Part shown: piece by piece, positions 37,611 through 50,260 of the stretch
How positions within the stretch are numbered: the first letter of the stretch is position 1
How the letters are laid out: every line of letters begins with the position of its first letter
From: Felis catus
Taxonomy: Eukaryota
Length of the DNA stretch: 64,000 bases
Assembly (NCBI RefSeq): GCF_018350175.1
Contig: NC_058382.1
Location: 54,190,001 to 54,254,000, forward strand
Direction: 5' to 3'
Made by a program: the position numbers and the translations under genes
Notes under the pieces: generated by a model
The model's database searches: none
What the model saw: only the letters and a program-made list of their open reading frames with translations
Told to the model about the DNA's origin: nothing

Positions 37611-38901
37611 CACTTGCCTGGGTGGAGCTGAGAGTCCAACTGGGGAGACAATAAGTGAACAGGCTTTTAAAGGATCGTTGTTAATTTTTCATTAGGCATC
37701 ATCATAGGGTACAATGGGAAAATATTGTGAGAGCCGGTTTTTTTTTAATTAGACTTTTTAAAGAACCCACTTATTAAGCCCTTGGAAGTGCCAGGGACTA
37801 CATCGAGTAATTTCCACATATTTTACTCCAAACGATAATCCCGTAGAGGAGGGAATGGGATGCTGATCTTGCAGGGAGAGCGAGGAAAACTCAGAGAAGT
37901 GACATAAGTCACCCGAGGTCAGAAGCAAGAGGCAGAACCACGGTGAAAATCTCACCCCCAGACCCCTTCTCTTTCTACTACTCCATACTGTAGGATGATT
38001 TCAGTAAATGGGTGAATTTTCACGGACAAAAGTAGGGCTGGATGTCAATCTAAATAGAGAATCTCCCAGCTGGTGCTCTGTGAGGGTGGGAGAGTCATTC
38101 TCCATTCTAACTGGGTATAAGCCACAGATTTCCTTTGAACATCAAAAAAAGCGAATGGGCCACTATCTTGTGGGTCCTTTAAACCATCTGCCTCCAGAAA
38201 TAGACATGCTCTGAGCAATCCATGAACTCTATTTCTCTGAGAGGCAAATAAAAGAAAACCCTGCTGTAAAGATGCGAACTGGCATGCTACACAGGACTCA
38301 GAGAGTGGCCTCTCTCACCGAGGCCACATTTACTAGTCAATTAGTAAAGACAAAACCAAGCAAAACGGCCACCTCCTTTATGAATTAAGCGCCAAGTCGA
38401 TCTGTGCTTCGTTCATGTGAGAAAAGTACAAACTATATGTTGTAATTTCAAGAATGCGATGTCTGGTTAGTATAGCTTTCCTTTTTCTTTCTCATGTTGA
38501 CAATCCAATTTGGAGAGACGGCTGGAGGTTCTACTTCCTTGAAGGACCCCAAATTGTACAACGCAACCGGTTTGCTTAAAGTGAAACATTCTAAAATGAT
38601 TACTTCCTTTGCCTTCCCAAACAGGATACTCGGCACACACATAACTGCCTCTCGATGGTCCCTTGCTAGCCTGTAACAGACCAGTCCCCTCAGAGGCTCC
38701 CAGCGAATGCATCTGTAACAAACGGTCCAAGACTGCTACGCATTTTGAAGCCCCAAATACGTTCTTGAGATTGACTGCCCTCATTAGCTGCCACTTGCTC
38801 CAGATGTATCTGCTGGCGAAAGCACAATCCCCACTGCTACCCCTACCTTCTGATCTGCCATGCCTTGGAGCAGATAACCAAATTCATCACAAGGGACTCA
38901 A

Positions 38902-39107
38902 GGGCACCGGGGTGGCTCAGTCGGTTAAGCGTCTGACTCTTGATTTCAGCTCAGGCCATGACCTTGCGGTTTGTGGGTTTGAGCCCCACGCTGGGCTCTG
39001 CACTGGCAGCATGGAGCCTGCTTGGGATTTTCTCTTTCCCTCTGTCTCTGCCCCTCCCATGCGCTTTCTCTGTCTCAAAATAAATACATAAACTTAAAAA
39101 AAAAAAA
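38902..39107 (+). mobile_element. Can-SINE
   Basis: GGGCACCGGGGTGGCTCAGTCGGTTAAGCG...(CT)n...AATAAA-poly(A). Confidence 0.92.
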
Positions 39108-39364
39108 GTGGGTCAAAAGGGGGGAGTAGACCAGAGTCCCCCTCTCTACTTCATCTCTACTTGCTGAAATCAGTCACCCAGGGCCCATCTCGGCTGTGAC
39201 CACCTTCATGAATGCTTTGCCACATATCCCTGACTAAATGCAAACTTTTCCTTCTCCTGACACCCCAAGTGTCTTAAATCCCCCCTAAGACACTTGTGAC
39301 AAGCCCCCTTGTAGGATGTGAGCATCTTGGCCTCACCCTACCTCCTGCTTGATTTAAATCCCCG

Positions 39365-39935
39365 ATAGGTGGCCCCGAAGATGGCCTTCAAGGATCCCCT
39401 CCACGGTAGTCACATGCTTGTGGCATCCCCTCCCCTTAAGGGTAGACTAGACCCGGTGACTCACGTCCAACCGTGAAATATAGCAAGAGTGATGGGATGT
39501 CCCTTTCAAGAGGAGACTGGGATACGAAAGGGCACAGCTTGTCTTGGCTATCCTGTTTTTCTCTCTCTCCTCTTGGGGCTCTTAATCTGGGGAAGCAAGG
39601 TGTCATGTCACGAGTTGCCATAGGGAGAGGCAAATCCATAGCCCATAGGAAGTAACCACATAACAGGGAACTGATGTCTCTGGACAGTGATGACCTCAGA
39701 CCTGCCATCAGCACTTGGGTGAGCTTACAAGTGGATCCACCTCCACTGAGCCTTCAGCTGAGACCGCAGCCCCAGACAACATACCTTGACTGCAGGCTTT
39801 GACAGACCCTGAGCCAGAGGCATCCAGCTAAGCCACACCAGGATTCCCAACACACAGAAACTGTGAGATAATATTCGTTGTTTTAAGATGCTAAGTTTAA
39901 GGCAAATTGTTATGCAGTGACAGATAACTAATATA
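39365..39935 (+). mobile_element. MLT1-type MaLR LTR
   Basis: gatggcc...gactagacccggtgactcac...gcaagagtgatgggatg...gagccttcagctgagaccgcagccc...cacagaaactgtgagataat...tgttatgcag...ataactaatata. Confidence 0.8.
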
Positions 39936-40009
39936 ATTCCTTAAAAGCTAAAACAGTCTTCTACTCATCTGTATAACCCTTGTAACACCTAGTCCAGAAC
40001 CCTGCATAT

Positions 40010-40940
40010 AAACAAAACCTAGTTAGTGTTTACTAATCGAATGAGTAGCACAGTATTTACCTCCTCAAGAAGTTTGCAGTGTAATGGGGGAACCAGACAT
40101 TTAACAACCTACCACACAAATACATGTTCACTAACAACCGTAACGAGTTCCAGAGGGGAGGGGTGCATAGTGAGAGAAGGATATAACCTGGGCAGGGAGC
40201 TGGGTGGGGAGGGGTGGGGGTGGGGGGTCACTCCTGCAGATGTGGTGGCTGAGCTGAGACCTGAATGAAGTGTAAGGCCACTAGGCAAGGAGGAAGGGAA
40301 GGAGGCACAGGTATGTGCAAAGGCCCTGGTGCAGGTGTGAACATGAAGCAAGCCAGGCTGAATGGAGTGCAGGAGGAGGGAAGGAGGCTGTGTGGTGCAA
40401 GGCGAGGAGGGTCGCAGAGCTGGGCAGGTCAGAACACAGCAGCCTCACCAGGCCGCGTGAATCGTTCTGATTCTTAATCAGTGCAACTGGAAATCACAGA
40501 TGCATCTGAAAAGCAGGAGCACACGTGTACACGTGCATGTGCACATGCATGTGTAGAAGGCGTGCCTTGATCAGATCTGCATTCACAGCAGATCACTCTG
40601 CCTGCCGTGCGGAGAACCGATTGCAGGGGAGGAAATATGAAACAGCACACTTGTTAGCAGGTTACTGCAACCGTCCAGAACATATTGGTCAGGATGGAAA
40701 CAGGGAGAAAAAAGCATGTTACCGGGCCGTTCAAGGATTAAAGCTAACAGGCCTTGGGGGCAGTATGGACGTGGTGGGTGTGATCCAGGGGTGTGAGCTG
40801 TGATTCCCGCGTGTCCACTGTGCCCCCGGGGATGGCGGTGGTGCGACTCTCTGAGTCTGGGAGAACCGCAGAAAACCGGGAGCTGAGCGAAGGCTTGGGG
40901 TCGTCTCCCAAAGGGGGAGTAGATGAGCTTTTAATCACCA
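40010..40940. mobile_element. L2 fragment
   Basis: gagctgagacctgaatgaag...gtgcaaaggccctggtgcagg...ggctgaatggag...gatcagatctgcattcacagcagatcactctg resembles the L2 3' region. Confidence 0.6.
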
Positions 40941-42569
40941 ACACTTTGGGCAATCTATTTTGCTGGCTCTTTCCTGAAGGGGCACTTTCATTATCTTCCT
41001 GGTTCTTTGCAATATTACAGACAGGAGAAATATTACAACATACCCTCTAGCCTCAGAATCTAGTTAACACACCCAGTAATGTACGAATTTCTGCCCATGA
41101 GGCCAATCCGACCAACGTCCCACGTACAACCAGAAAAAGAAATTCAATCATGACATGCAGGGTGGCCTCACCCCAGCTGTTCCATGAATAAGTAAGGCTG
41201 GTCTGCTGGAGACCATTAAATCACCTCTGCTTCATTTTAACAATGATGGGAACATTTATTGAACGCTTCCTGTGTGCCAGGCATTCTGTGAGCCTCTTTG
41301 CAGACATGATCTCTAATCCCACAAGCAAGATATAGTACAACTTCTACAAATGAGGAAGCTCCAGAGAGGCAAGGTAACTTCCCAAGGTGAGATGGTGGAG
41401 GCAGGATGCAAGCCTAGTCTACTAGCCTCCGAAATCTATATTGCTCTAACACCGCCTATTCGTTTCACTGGGATCTTTCTTTCAGGGCTACTTTACCCAG
41501 TTGGCCAGCTCATCTGTAGAGTCAATCCACTTTGGTTGTTGAGACAGCTGAAAATACCAGATCAATATTTTTTTCCACTTTCCTCCTGTTCTGTTACTGA
41601 CAGACACCAATTAGGAATGGAACCCCTAATTAACCAAGCCCGCGTCCCAGGAGCGGAGAACCTGTGCACCTGACATCAGCTGGATGCCACATGTCGTCCG
41701 TGGTGAGTAGGCAGTGGTTAACACACAAAGCTGCTCCAAAGAGACAGAATGAACTGGGAGACTTCACATTTATTCGACTTGCGGAAGGAAAACGCTGTGC
41801 CTTTTAAAAGCATGCTTTTAAAATGTAGTGAAGTAGAAAAAAATCCAAGAAGAATTGGTCTCATGTGAATATTTCATGATGAGCTTAAAATAACAAGGTT
41901 TCCATGTGTATAAATATGGGAAGGGCAGCCTTCAGGGTAAACGACAGAGGTCTATACAGCAGGGAACCCTCAGGTGGTTCCTGAACGTGCAAGAGAGAGA
42001 CCCCAAAACACACCCCTGCAGTTAAGCCTCTGTGTCTTTGCTGCTCCTATGGAAATCAGAGGGGGGAGGATATCGCAGGACAGGGAAAGGGGGGTGTGGA
42101 CTTCGCCATCTTCCGCAGGCCAGGCACTGGTCTGAGTGTAAGAAACAATACGGTGGCCGCAAGTAGCAAGGGTCCTGCTCCCTGAAGGTGACATTCCATT
42201 AAGCTGCATGATCCTAAGCCCGTCAAGGTGTCTAAACCTGCATCATCTTGTCTGTAAGGGGTGAGTCGTAACAACCCTACATCGGAAGGCTCCTGGATGA
42301 GGAAATGAGATAAAGAGTAAACACAAAGCATGAAGAGCCACGGGTAGCTGGTACTGTCACTGTTTTTATTGTTGACCACTCTGCCACCCTGTCCCAGGTC
42401 GGTCTAGTTGGAGAGGGCTGCTTGGATTCATCTTTTCCCACATTTGCACCATCAAGAATCTCTTAAAAAATATCCATCTTATTTCTTCATTGTTCCCCCC
42501 AAGTACCCACAGACAACATCTTAAATGGTGTTGTCTACGTAAGAGCATTAAGTATGCACTGTTTCCTCG

Positions 42570-43600
42570 TTCTGTTCACCTAAAATATAAACTTCATTAG
42601 CATTAAGAAGGTAAGGTGGAAAAAAAGCAGGTAAAACGGACTTGATCAAAATTTTAAACATTGCACATCCCAGGACACCATCAAGAAAGAAACAAGACAA
42701 CTCACAGGATGAGAGCATCTTTTCAAACCCTACATCTGATAAAGGAGGCTTAAAACTCAATAATTAAAAACAGTTTTAAGAATAGGCAAAGGATGTGAAG
42801 AGACATTTCTCCAAAGAAGACAAGTAGCCAATAAGCGCACGAAAAGATGCCCACCATCGTTAGTCATCAGGAAAATGCAAATCAAAACCACGGTGACACT
42901 ACCCGACACCCACTCGAACGGCTATAATAAAAAGGACAGATGATAACAAGTGTTGACGAGGAAGCAGAGAAATCAGAACCCTCGCACACGGCCAGTGGGA
43001 ATGTAAAATGGCACGGCCTCTGTGAGAAACAGTCTGGCAGTTCCTCAGAAAGTCACATCCAGAGTCACCACACGACCCGGTGGTTCCGCGACGAGGAGTA
43101 TCTCCAAGAGCACTGAAAACATGTTCACACACAAAAAAGACCCGTGCACGAGTGTTGGTGGCAACAGGAGTCACAACGTAGTAGCCAAAAGTGGAACCGA
43201 CACAAATGTCCATCACGGAATGACTAAGGGACAAAATGTGGCACTTCCATACCACGGCAAAGCCGTGACGTGCTGACACGCGCTACAGCACGGATGAGAC
43301 GTCACGCTCAGTGGAGGAAGCCAGTCACAGAAGACCACACGCCATACGCTTCCATTTATGTAAAATGTCCGGAATTGGCAAATCCGTAGCGACAGAAAGG
43401 AGATTTGCGGTCACCAGGGACATGGCGAGGGAGAATGGGGAGGGGATGCTGGCGGACGGAGGGTTTCCTTTGGGGGTGTCGGGAATGCTCTGGAACCAGA
43501 TCGTGGTGATGGCTGCATGACCTTGTGAACAGACTAAAAAAAAAATGTGCATTTTAAAAGGGTGACATTTATGGCACGTGGATTATATCTCAATTGAGAA
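42570..43600 (+). mobile_element. L1MB-type 3' fragment (ORF2 end, 3' UTR, A tail)
   Basis: agacatttctccaaagaagac...gaaaagatgc...gaaaatgcaaatcaaaacca...gtgggaatgtaaaatgg...gaagccagtcacagaagaccac...ttatatctcaat followed by poly(A). Confidence 0.85.
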
Positions 43601-43652
43601 AAAAAAAAAAAAACCCAGCGAGAGAGCCGAGTGAACATAATTCCGTCCAAAG

Positions 43653-43684
<32 letters not shown>

Positions 43685-43980
43685 TGTGACATGCCGCAAA
43701 GCCCAAGATACGGTATTTGGATTCTGAGGCCGCCCTCTGACTGTGTGACCCTGACTCATTTTCTGAATCTCTCTGTTTGCTGAGATCTTCGTCTATAAAA
43801 TGGGATAGGATCACTACCCGGACCTAAAGATCAAATGGGTAAGGTAGGTGAAGTGATGTGCGCGTTGTGCCCCACAGTCAAGTCTGTGTGTGGGACGCAA
43901 GAGGCAGCCAGAGCCCCGTTCTGAACAAGAAGCCCTCTCCAGCCTGACCCCCCCCCCCGCTCTGGTCCCCCGTCTCTCAC

Positions 43981-44198
43981 CTCGGGGGTCAGCGCGTTGT
44001 TGTCCGAGGTCTGGCTGGACAGCAGGATGTGTGTGAACCCCTCTTCCTTCCGCACGACAATGTCCCGGAACCTACAGTTGCTTTCGTTCTGGCGGACGCT
44101 GTACCTGAGCCTCTTGTCAAAGACATAGTCCTTGTCCGCTTCCAGCTTCCTCTTCACGGGGCTGGGCAAGTTTAATCCCCCGTTGGTCAGAGCAGAGC
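43981..44198 (-). CDS. CDYL2: CDYL2 coding exon (exon 3 by human numbering), linker and start of crotonase-like domain
   Basis: Translates GSALTNGGLNLPSPVKRKLEADKDYVFDKRLRYSVRQNESNCRFRDIVVRKEEGFTHILLSSQTSDNNALTPE; AG acceptor (plus ct 44199-44200), GT donor (plus ac 43979-43980); 218 nt; ends on a codon boundary, in phase with the next exon. Confidence 0.96.
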
Positions 44199-44544
44199 CT
44201 TCCAAAATCAGACAAAAAAAGTGAGACACCAACATGGGAGCAATCGCACCAGAGCGTGATCACAGGACGTTCAGATTCTCACAGAAAGGGTTGGATGTGG
44301 CTGGGACCCCCCCCCTCCCCATTCACCCTCCTCTGTCCTTGGGTGGAGAATGGCCCAGGGCTTAACTGCCACAGCTCCAAGTTTGAACCAAGAGAGAGAG
44401 CTCTGTGGAGGGCCTGATAGGATCTTTGATAGCCTGTGAGCCTCAGCTTCTGTTCCGAGGCCTTCGGCAACAAGGAACCCCCTACTTTGAAATCTGATGG
44501 CTGAAAAACAAAACAAACAAACCAAAAAAAAAAAAAAAAAACCC

Positions 44545-46800
44545 TGCAGTCTTATTCATAATTACCAAACACTGGAAGCAACCAATCTGTCTTTTAACTA
44601 GGTGAATGGATAAACAAAACGGCACGTTTGTATAAGGGAATATTACTCAGCAATGAAAAGCAAATTAGTTACCAAGCCATGAAAATACACAAATGAATCT
44701 CAAACACAGAATGCCAAGTGCAAAAGGCCAGTGCATTGCATGATTCCAATTACATGACATTCTAGAAAAGGCAAAAGGAGAGAATCAGGCAAGAGATGTG
44801 TGGTTACCAGGATCAGGTGGAATCAGAAAAGGTGGAACAATGAAACACAGGGGATTTCTGAGGGTGGGGAAGCTATTCTCTAGGATACCCTGATGGTGAA
44901 TGCAGGACATTAAGCATCTGTCAAAACCCAAAGAACTTTGCAGCACAGACAGTTAGGCTTAAAGTATGCATTTAAAATAAATACATTTACCAGACTGGCG
45001 GGATCCAAGGAGGGAATACAGAAATGTGATCAAAGAATCTGACTGTATGACAAATACACGAAAGAAACAACCTCGGGGCGCCTGGGTGGCTCAGTTGGTT
45101 GGGCATCTGACTTTGGCTCAGGTCATGATCTCGTGGTCCGTGGGTTCAAGCCCTGCATCGGGCTCTGTGCTGACAGCTCAGAGCCTGAAGCCTGCTTCGG
45201 ATTCTGTGCCTCCCTCTCTCTCTATGCTCCTCCCCCACTCATGCTCTGTCTCTGTCTCTATGTCTCTCTCTCTCAAAAATAAACATTAAAAAAAAGAAAG
45301 AAAAGAAACAATCTCACTGAAGGGGGCAGGAGTGCCTCAGCACCTCAGAAACTCTAGGAATGACTGGAGTCTGTAAAAACTAAAGGCAAAACAGCCTGCT
45401 AGAGAAATGCTGTACTGTAGTTGGCAAAGCCGATTCCTAAGGAGGTGGGGGAGTGTTCAGAATTCTGATACCATTATCCAGGCATGCTGGAACTGGACAA
45501 TTCAGTAAATGGATGGCAGATGGTAGGATCCACACGTCTGACCGCCTGGAGTATAAGGTTATAGATAGGCGAGGGGCGGGGTCTAGAACGATCCATGGGA
45601 TAGTGGATTCAGAGTGGAAGGCATCACGCTTAGCTCAATACTGGTATAGACAGTTACATTGATAGTTACAGGTATGTGTGCGTACAAAGGTTAGTAGACG
45701 TGCGTGTATGTCCTTGCTCTGTCAGCGGAGAGGGCCCAGAACCAGTGACATCCCAACAGCAGTGGGCACACCTAGGGCCCAGATGGTGGTCTCTGATGCA
45801 ATTCTCAACAAAAGGAACCAGGACTCCCTGGAGAAATGGCTGACTCCAGGCCTGGGGCAGGAAACACATGAGATAAGCTTGTAGTGGCTGAAAAGGAATG
45901 AAGTAGCAAAAAATAAAATAAAAAATAAAAAAATAACCTCCCCAACGATGAGGCATATGGGGAGCCGATCCAAAGAGCTCCCAACGGCCAAAGATGCACC
46001 AACTTGCGTCACACAACAAAGGAGTATTTGCATTCTAACTGGAAGTAAAAAAATCAATATCCAGGAGTCCATAATGTCGTTAGTAAATCATTAAATTAAT
46101 AAATAAATGGGAGAGAAGAGGCGAGTCTCCCAGGCACAAGAATTCCCAACAGTTTACGGAGACTCTCTGCCCACAGGGAGGTGGAGCCTGAGTGCCCAAT
46201 CTATAGGCGCGGGTTGTGCCCCGTGACTTCCTTCCACACGGCACAGTGTGGAAAGTTTGGGGTGGGGAGCAGTAGCTGGACAGTGGAGACACCTGACTGG
46301 GGCAGATGGAGAAGTCAAAGTGTCCCCCGCCACCAGGTGACAAAGACCAACATCAACCGCGATGAGTTAACGGCGACGGCGTGTGCCCTCACGACGTGTG
46401 TGGTCTTCCTCCCCCAAACCCACAACTCCGGTCTAGGCAGGAGTAAAAGATCACACAAATCCAAATTGAGGGGCACTGTACAGAATACTTAATCAGTATG
46501 CTTCAAAACTGTCAAGGTCATCAAAAACCAGGAATGTCGGAGAAACTGTCACAGCCCAGGGGAACCTAAGGAAACACGACAATCCCAAGAAGGGTTTCTG
46601 GAACAGATGTTAAGCAACAACTGCGGAAAGCTGAATAAAGCATGGACTTCGGTTGATAACAACGCATTGTTACTGGTTCGTCACTGTAGCAAATGCGTCA
46701 CTAATGTAAGACGTTGGGAGGAAGCAGAGTGTGGTGTGTAGACGAACTCTCTGTATTATCGTCCCAATATCTCTGTAAATCTAAAGCGGTTTTAAAAGTG
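44545..46800 (+). mobile_element. L1MC/L1MD-type 3' fragments, interrupted by a SINE
   Basis: ttattcataattaccaaacactggaagcaacc...gaatggataaac...tgattccaattacatgacattctagaaaaggcaaa...; distal caaatccaaattgagggg...ctgtcaaggtcatcaaaaac...ctgtaaatctaaa. Confidence 0.75.
45075..45300 (+). mobile_element. SINEC_Fc
   Basis: GGGGCGCCTGGGTGGCTCAGTTGGTTGGGC...; flanked by aaagaaacaa(c/t)ctc TSD. Confidence 0.93.
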
Positions 46801-46808
46801 AAGCTTCT

Positions 46809-47033
46809 GGGGCGCCTGGGTGGCTCAGTCGGTTAAGCGGCTGACTTCGGCTCAGGTCATGATCTCACGGTCCATGAGTTCGAGCCCCGCGTCGGGCTCT
46901 GTGCTGACAGCTTGGAGCCTGGAGCCTGTTTCAGATTCTGTGTCTCCCTCTCTCTCTGACCCTCCCCCGTTCATGCTGTGTCTCTCTCTGTCTCCAAAAT
47001 AAATAAACGTTAAAGAAAAAAATTTAAAAAAAA
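46809..47033 (+). mobile_element. SINEC_Fc
   Basis: Full-length; TSD aaaagtgaagcttc at 46794-46807 and 47034-47047. Confidence 0.95.
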
Positions 47034-47179
47034 AAAAGTGAAGCTTCCTTTAGTTTAAAATTAAGTTAGTAACAAAAAATTTTTAAAACCCCACAAAACA
47101 GTTCTCAGGCAATTCTGACAGGCAGGCAGGTTTGAGAACCCGGGCCAGTGGCTCTTACGCTTAAACATACATCAGGAGC

Positions 47180-47391
47180 GGGGCGCCTGGGTGGCGCAGT
47201 CGGTTAAGCGTCCGACTTCAGCCAGGTCACCATCTCGCGGTCTGTGAGTTCGAGCCCCGCGTCGGGCTCTGGGCTGATGGCTCAGAGCCTGGAGCCTGTT
47301 TCCGATTCTGTGTCTCCCTCTCTCTCTGCCCCTCCCCCGTTCATGCTCTGTCTCTCTCTGTCCCAAAAATAAATAAACGTTGAAAAAAAAA
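47180..47391 (+). mobile_element. Young SINEC_Fc inserted in a MER5A-like element
   Basis: TSD atacatcaggagc at 47167-47179 and 47392-47404; the flanks join to cagtggctct...catcaggagcacct...gttaaaaat...tgctgggccc (MER5A-like). Confidence 0.94.
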
Positions 47392-47846
47392 ATACATCAG
47401 GAGCACCTAAAGAACTGTTAAAAATCTACCTGCTGGGCCCATCCCAAACTGCCACCACTGCTTCAACATCCAGGCTTTGAAAACCAGGGTCCAGACAACC
47501 CAGGGGGTCGTCCATCACCAGGCGCCTCCCTGATGTCGAGAGAGCCCCATGCTTGAGCGGTGGCGAAGGTCTGAAAATCGTGTGGAGTGTCACCATTTCT
47601 GCCCGGGGTGGTGGGTGACCGACCCACGTAGGATGGGCTGCCGTGGTGTAGGAGGAGGGGCACAAGGAGACACACAGAGGGACTTACTGCGTGTGGACCA
47701 TTGTTGGAACCTTTTTTGGCAGGGATGCTGGAACGCGACCGGAAGCTGGCCCCCACCCTCAGAAAACGACTGCATGGACAGAGCGAACATGCCTTTTGCT
47801 GACCCTCCAAGAGCGGGTTATGAGTATTACAAGAGAGAACATATCT

Positions 47847-48032
47847 GGGGCGCCTGGGTGGCTCAGTCGGTTAAGCATTCAACTCTTGGTTTTGGCCCAG
47901 GTCATGATCTGACAGTTTCCTGAGTTCGAGCCTGCTTGGGATTCTCTCTCTTTCCCTCTCTCTCTGCCCCTTCCCCCACTCACGCGGTCTCTGTCTCTGT
48001 CTCTGTCAAAATACATAAATAAACTTTAAAAA
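47847..48032 (+). mobile_element. Can-SINE (internally shortened)
   Basis: GGGGCGCCTGGGTGGCTCAGTCGGTTAAGC...gagttcgagcctgcttgggattctctc...aaataaac. Confidence 0.88.
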
Positions 48033-48097
48033 ACTGTTTTAATAAAATAAATAAATTTTTTTTTAAAAAGAGAGAATATATTTAAAGGACCCGGGAT

Positions 48098-48334
48098 GGG
48101 GCGCCTGGGTGGCGCAGTCGGCTAAGCGTCCGACGTCAGCCAGGTCACGATCTCGCAGTCCGTGAGTTCGAGCCCCGCATCGGGCTCTGGGCTGACAGCT
48201 CAGAGCCTGGAGCCTGTTTCCGATTCTGTGTCTCCCTCTCTCTCTGCCCCTCCCCTGTTCATGCTCTGTCTCTCTCTGTCTCAAAAATAAAAATAAACGT
48301 TGAAAAAAAAAATTAAAAAAAAAAAAAAAAAAAA
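48098..48334 (+). mobile_element. Young SINEC_Fc with a long A tail
   Basis: Nearly identical to the copies at 8263 and 47180; imperfect aaggaccc TSD. Confidence 0.94.
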
Positions 48335-50045
48335 GAAGGACCCAGTATATAATAAGCAATGAATAAATGGTGGCTCTTACTTGCTTTATAGTCATTATCA
48401 CCCTGCTCAGCACAAAAGTATTCCGGTATTATTTTCTGCATGAACCCTGTCTCTCCAACAATACTGCAAGGGTCTTAAGGGCACGATGCTGGCACACACA
48501 GCATAGCCCAGCCTACTACCTGTGCACCAAGAAGTCTACAGGAATTGTTCCTTGGCCCCTGGAGTCTTGGGTCACCCTAGGGATGGACTCACATCCTTAC
48601 TCAGGTGGGTCTCGGGATCTCAAGAACCAAGGCCAAGGCAGGGAGCAGGAATGGTTCACTGGACCCCTCCTTCCGCCTGCTGGGTCCCTATCGAGGTGAG
48701 CGATCAGCCACAAAGGGGCACAGAAGCAGCAGGGCCCGTGTTGTCCCACAGCTTCCTTGAAGCCTCCTCCTTTTGTGCTTTTCTGTTACTCAAGGCAACT
48801 GGGCTTCGTCAAGCCCCGCGATGCAGGTGAAATGACTCCATGAGCTCCGGAAAGTAAACGTGAGCATTTAATTAAAAGGCGGGTGTAGAGGGAGCTGTTT
48901 CTTCAGGGTTAACCTCAAAATCTTCAGCTCCCCGCCAGAGCTTCCTAATTGGAGCTGGCCCTGGTTTCTGTAGAGCCCAGGCAGATCGTGTGCCACGGGC
49001 ACAGGGTCCGGGCCACGGCCCTGCTGGCGGATGTTAGCACGTCGCAGAAGCGGCTCTCGGAGGACACTGGTTCCCGCCGGTGACAAGTCAGAAGCTCCGG
49101 GGCCCTTGCATGTCAGCGCCTTCCAGGGCTGGGAGAGGTTTGACCCGAGTCCTCCTGTCCCCCAACCAGGTCAAGGCGCTAATTTACAATTCTATTAGAG
49201 AGGAGGAGATGGGGTTTACCTTTTGTGAGCAGCTCTATGTGAGGTCTACGAATTTCTCAGCAGTCCTAGGTCAAGTGCCATTCTGTGTCCGTTTTGCAGG
49301 TAAGGAAAAGTGAGTAACTTTGCAGGAAGCCACAAAGGTTTTACATGGTACAGACAGGATTGGAGCCCAGCTCTCCCTCATTGTATTTATTCACCCTGAC
49401 CTCACAGACTTTGCTTCGTGTGCAGGAGATGACAAGGAAACCAGCAAACTATTACCTAAATGAAATAGTGACAGATGGGAAAATACAGGAGACAAATGGA
49501 AACTAATAGGGCCAGGGGCCTCTGAATTCAACGCCCATGGCCTCTCTGCATGGCCGTCTGCACAGGAAAAACCAACCCCCAAAAGACCATCTGACCAAAT
49601 AAACTATAAAACGTTCCGAGGAAAACAGACCTGTTTATCCTCTATCAGGACCCTGGGCTCAGACCTCTGATGGTGACTCGGAAGGTGCACCATCTCTGGG
49701 CCAAAACAAGAAGAGCGCCCCGCCCCCCCACCCCCACCCCAGGGCCTGAATTCACATGGAACCTGAGCGGCTAACATGGCCCTGCATTTTCGGAGATGCA
49801 GAGGACAGTTGCGCCCCAGAGCCCCTCGGACTCTGCCCTCAAAGCGTCTCCCCTTCAGGGGCATCACACTTCCCGAGACTGGCAGGCGGACCAGCAAGAC
49901 ACCGGGGGAAACACAGCATGCCAGAAGTATGGACACCCCAGCCTGTGTTTGGTACCTGCGAGAAGCTAAGAAGCCACGTGAGCTCCTGAGCACGAGTCTC
50001 CTTGATGATAACATGAGGTTCACAGTACCTGCTTTTCGAGGTTGG

Positions 50046-50260
50046 TTTTTTTTTTTAGTTTATTTATTTATTTTTTTGGGGGGGGGTGGGGTGCACATGT
50101 GTGAGCCGAGGAGGGGTAGAGAGAGAGGGAGAGAGATAATCTCGAGCAGCCTCTGTGCTGTGAGCGCAGACTCGGGGCTCGAGCCCACGAACGGTGAGAT
50201 TGTGACGTGAGCCTAGATCAGAAGTCGAGCGCTTAACCAACCGAGCCACCCAGGCGCCCC
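50046..50260 (-). mobile_element. Can-SINE
   Basis: Plus strand ends ...gcttaaccaaccgagccacccaggcgcccc; T-rich tail at the left end. Confidence 0.9.
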
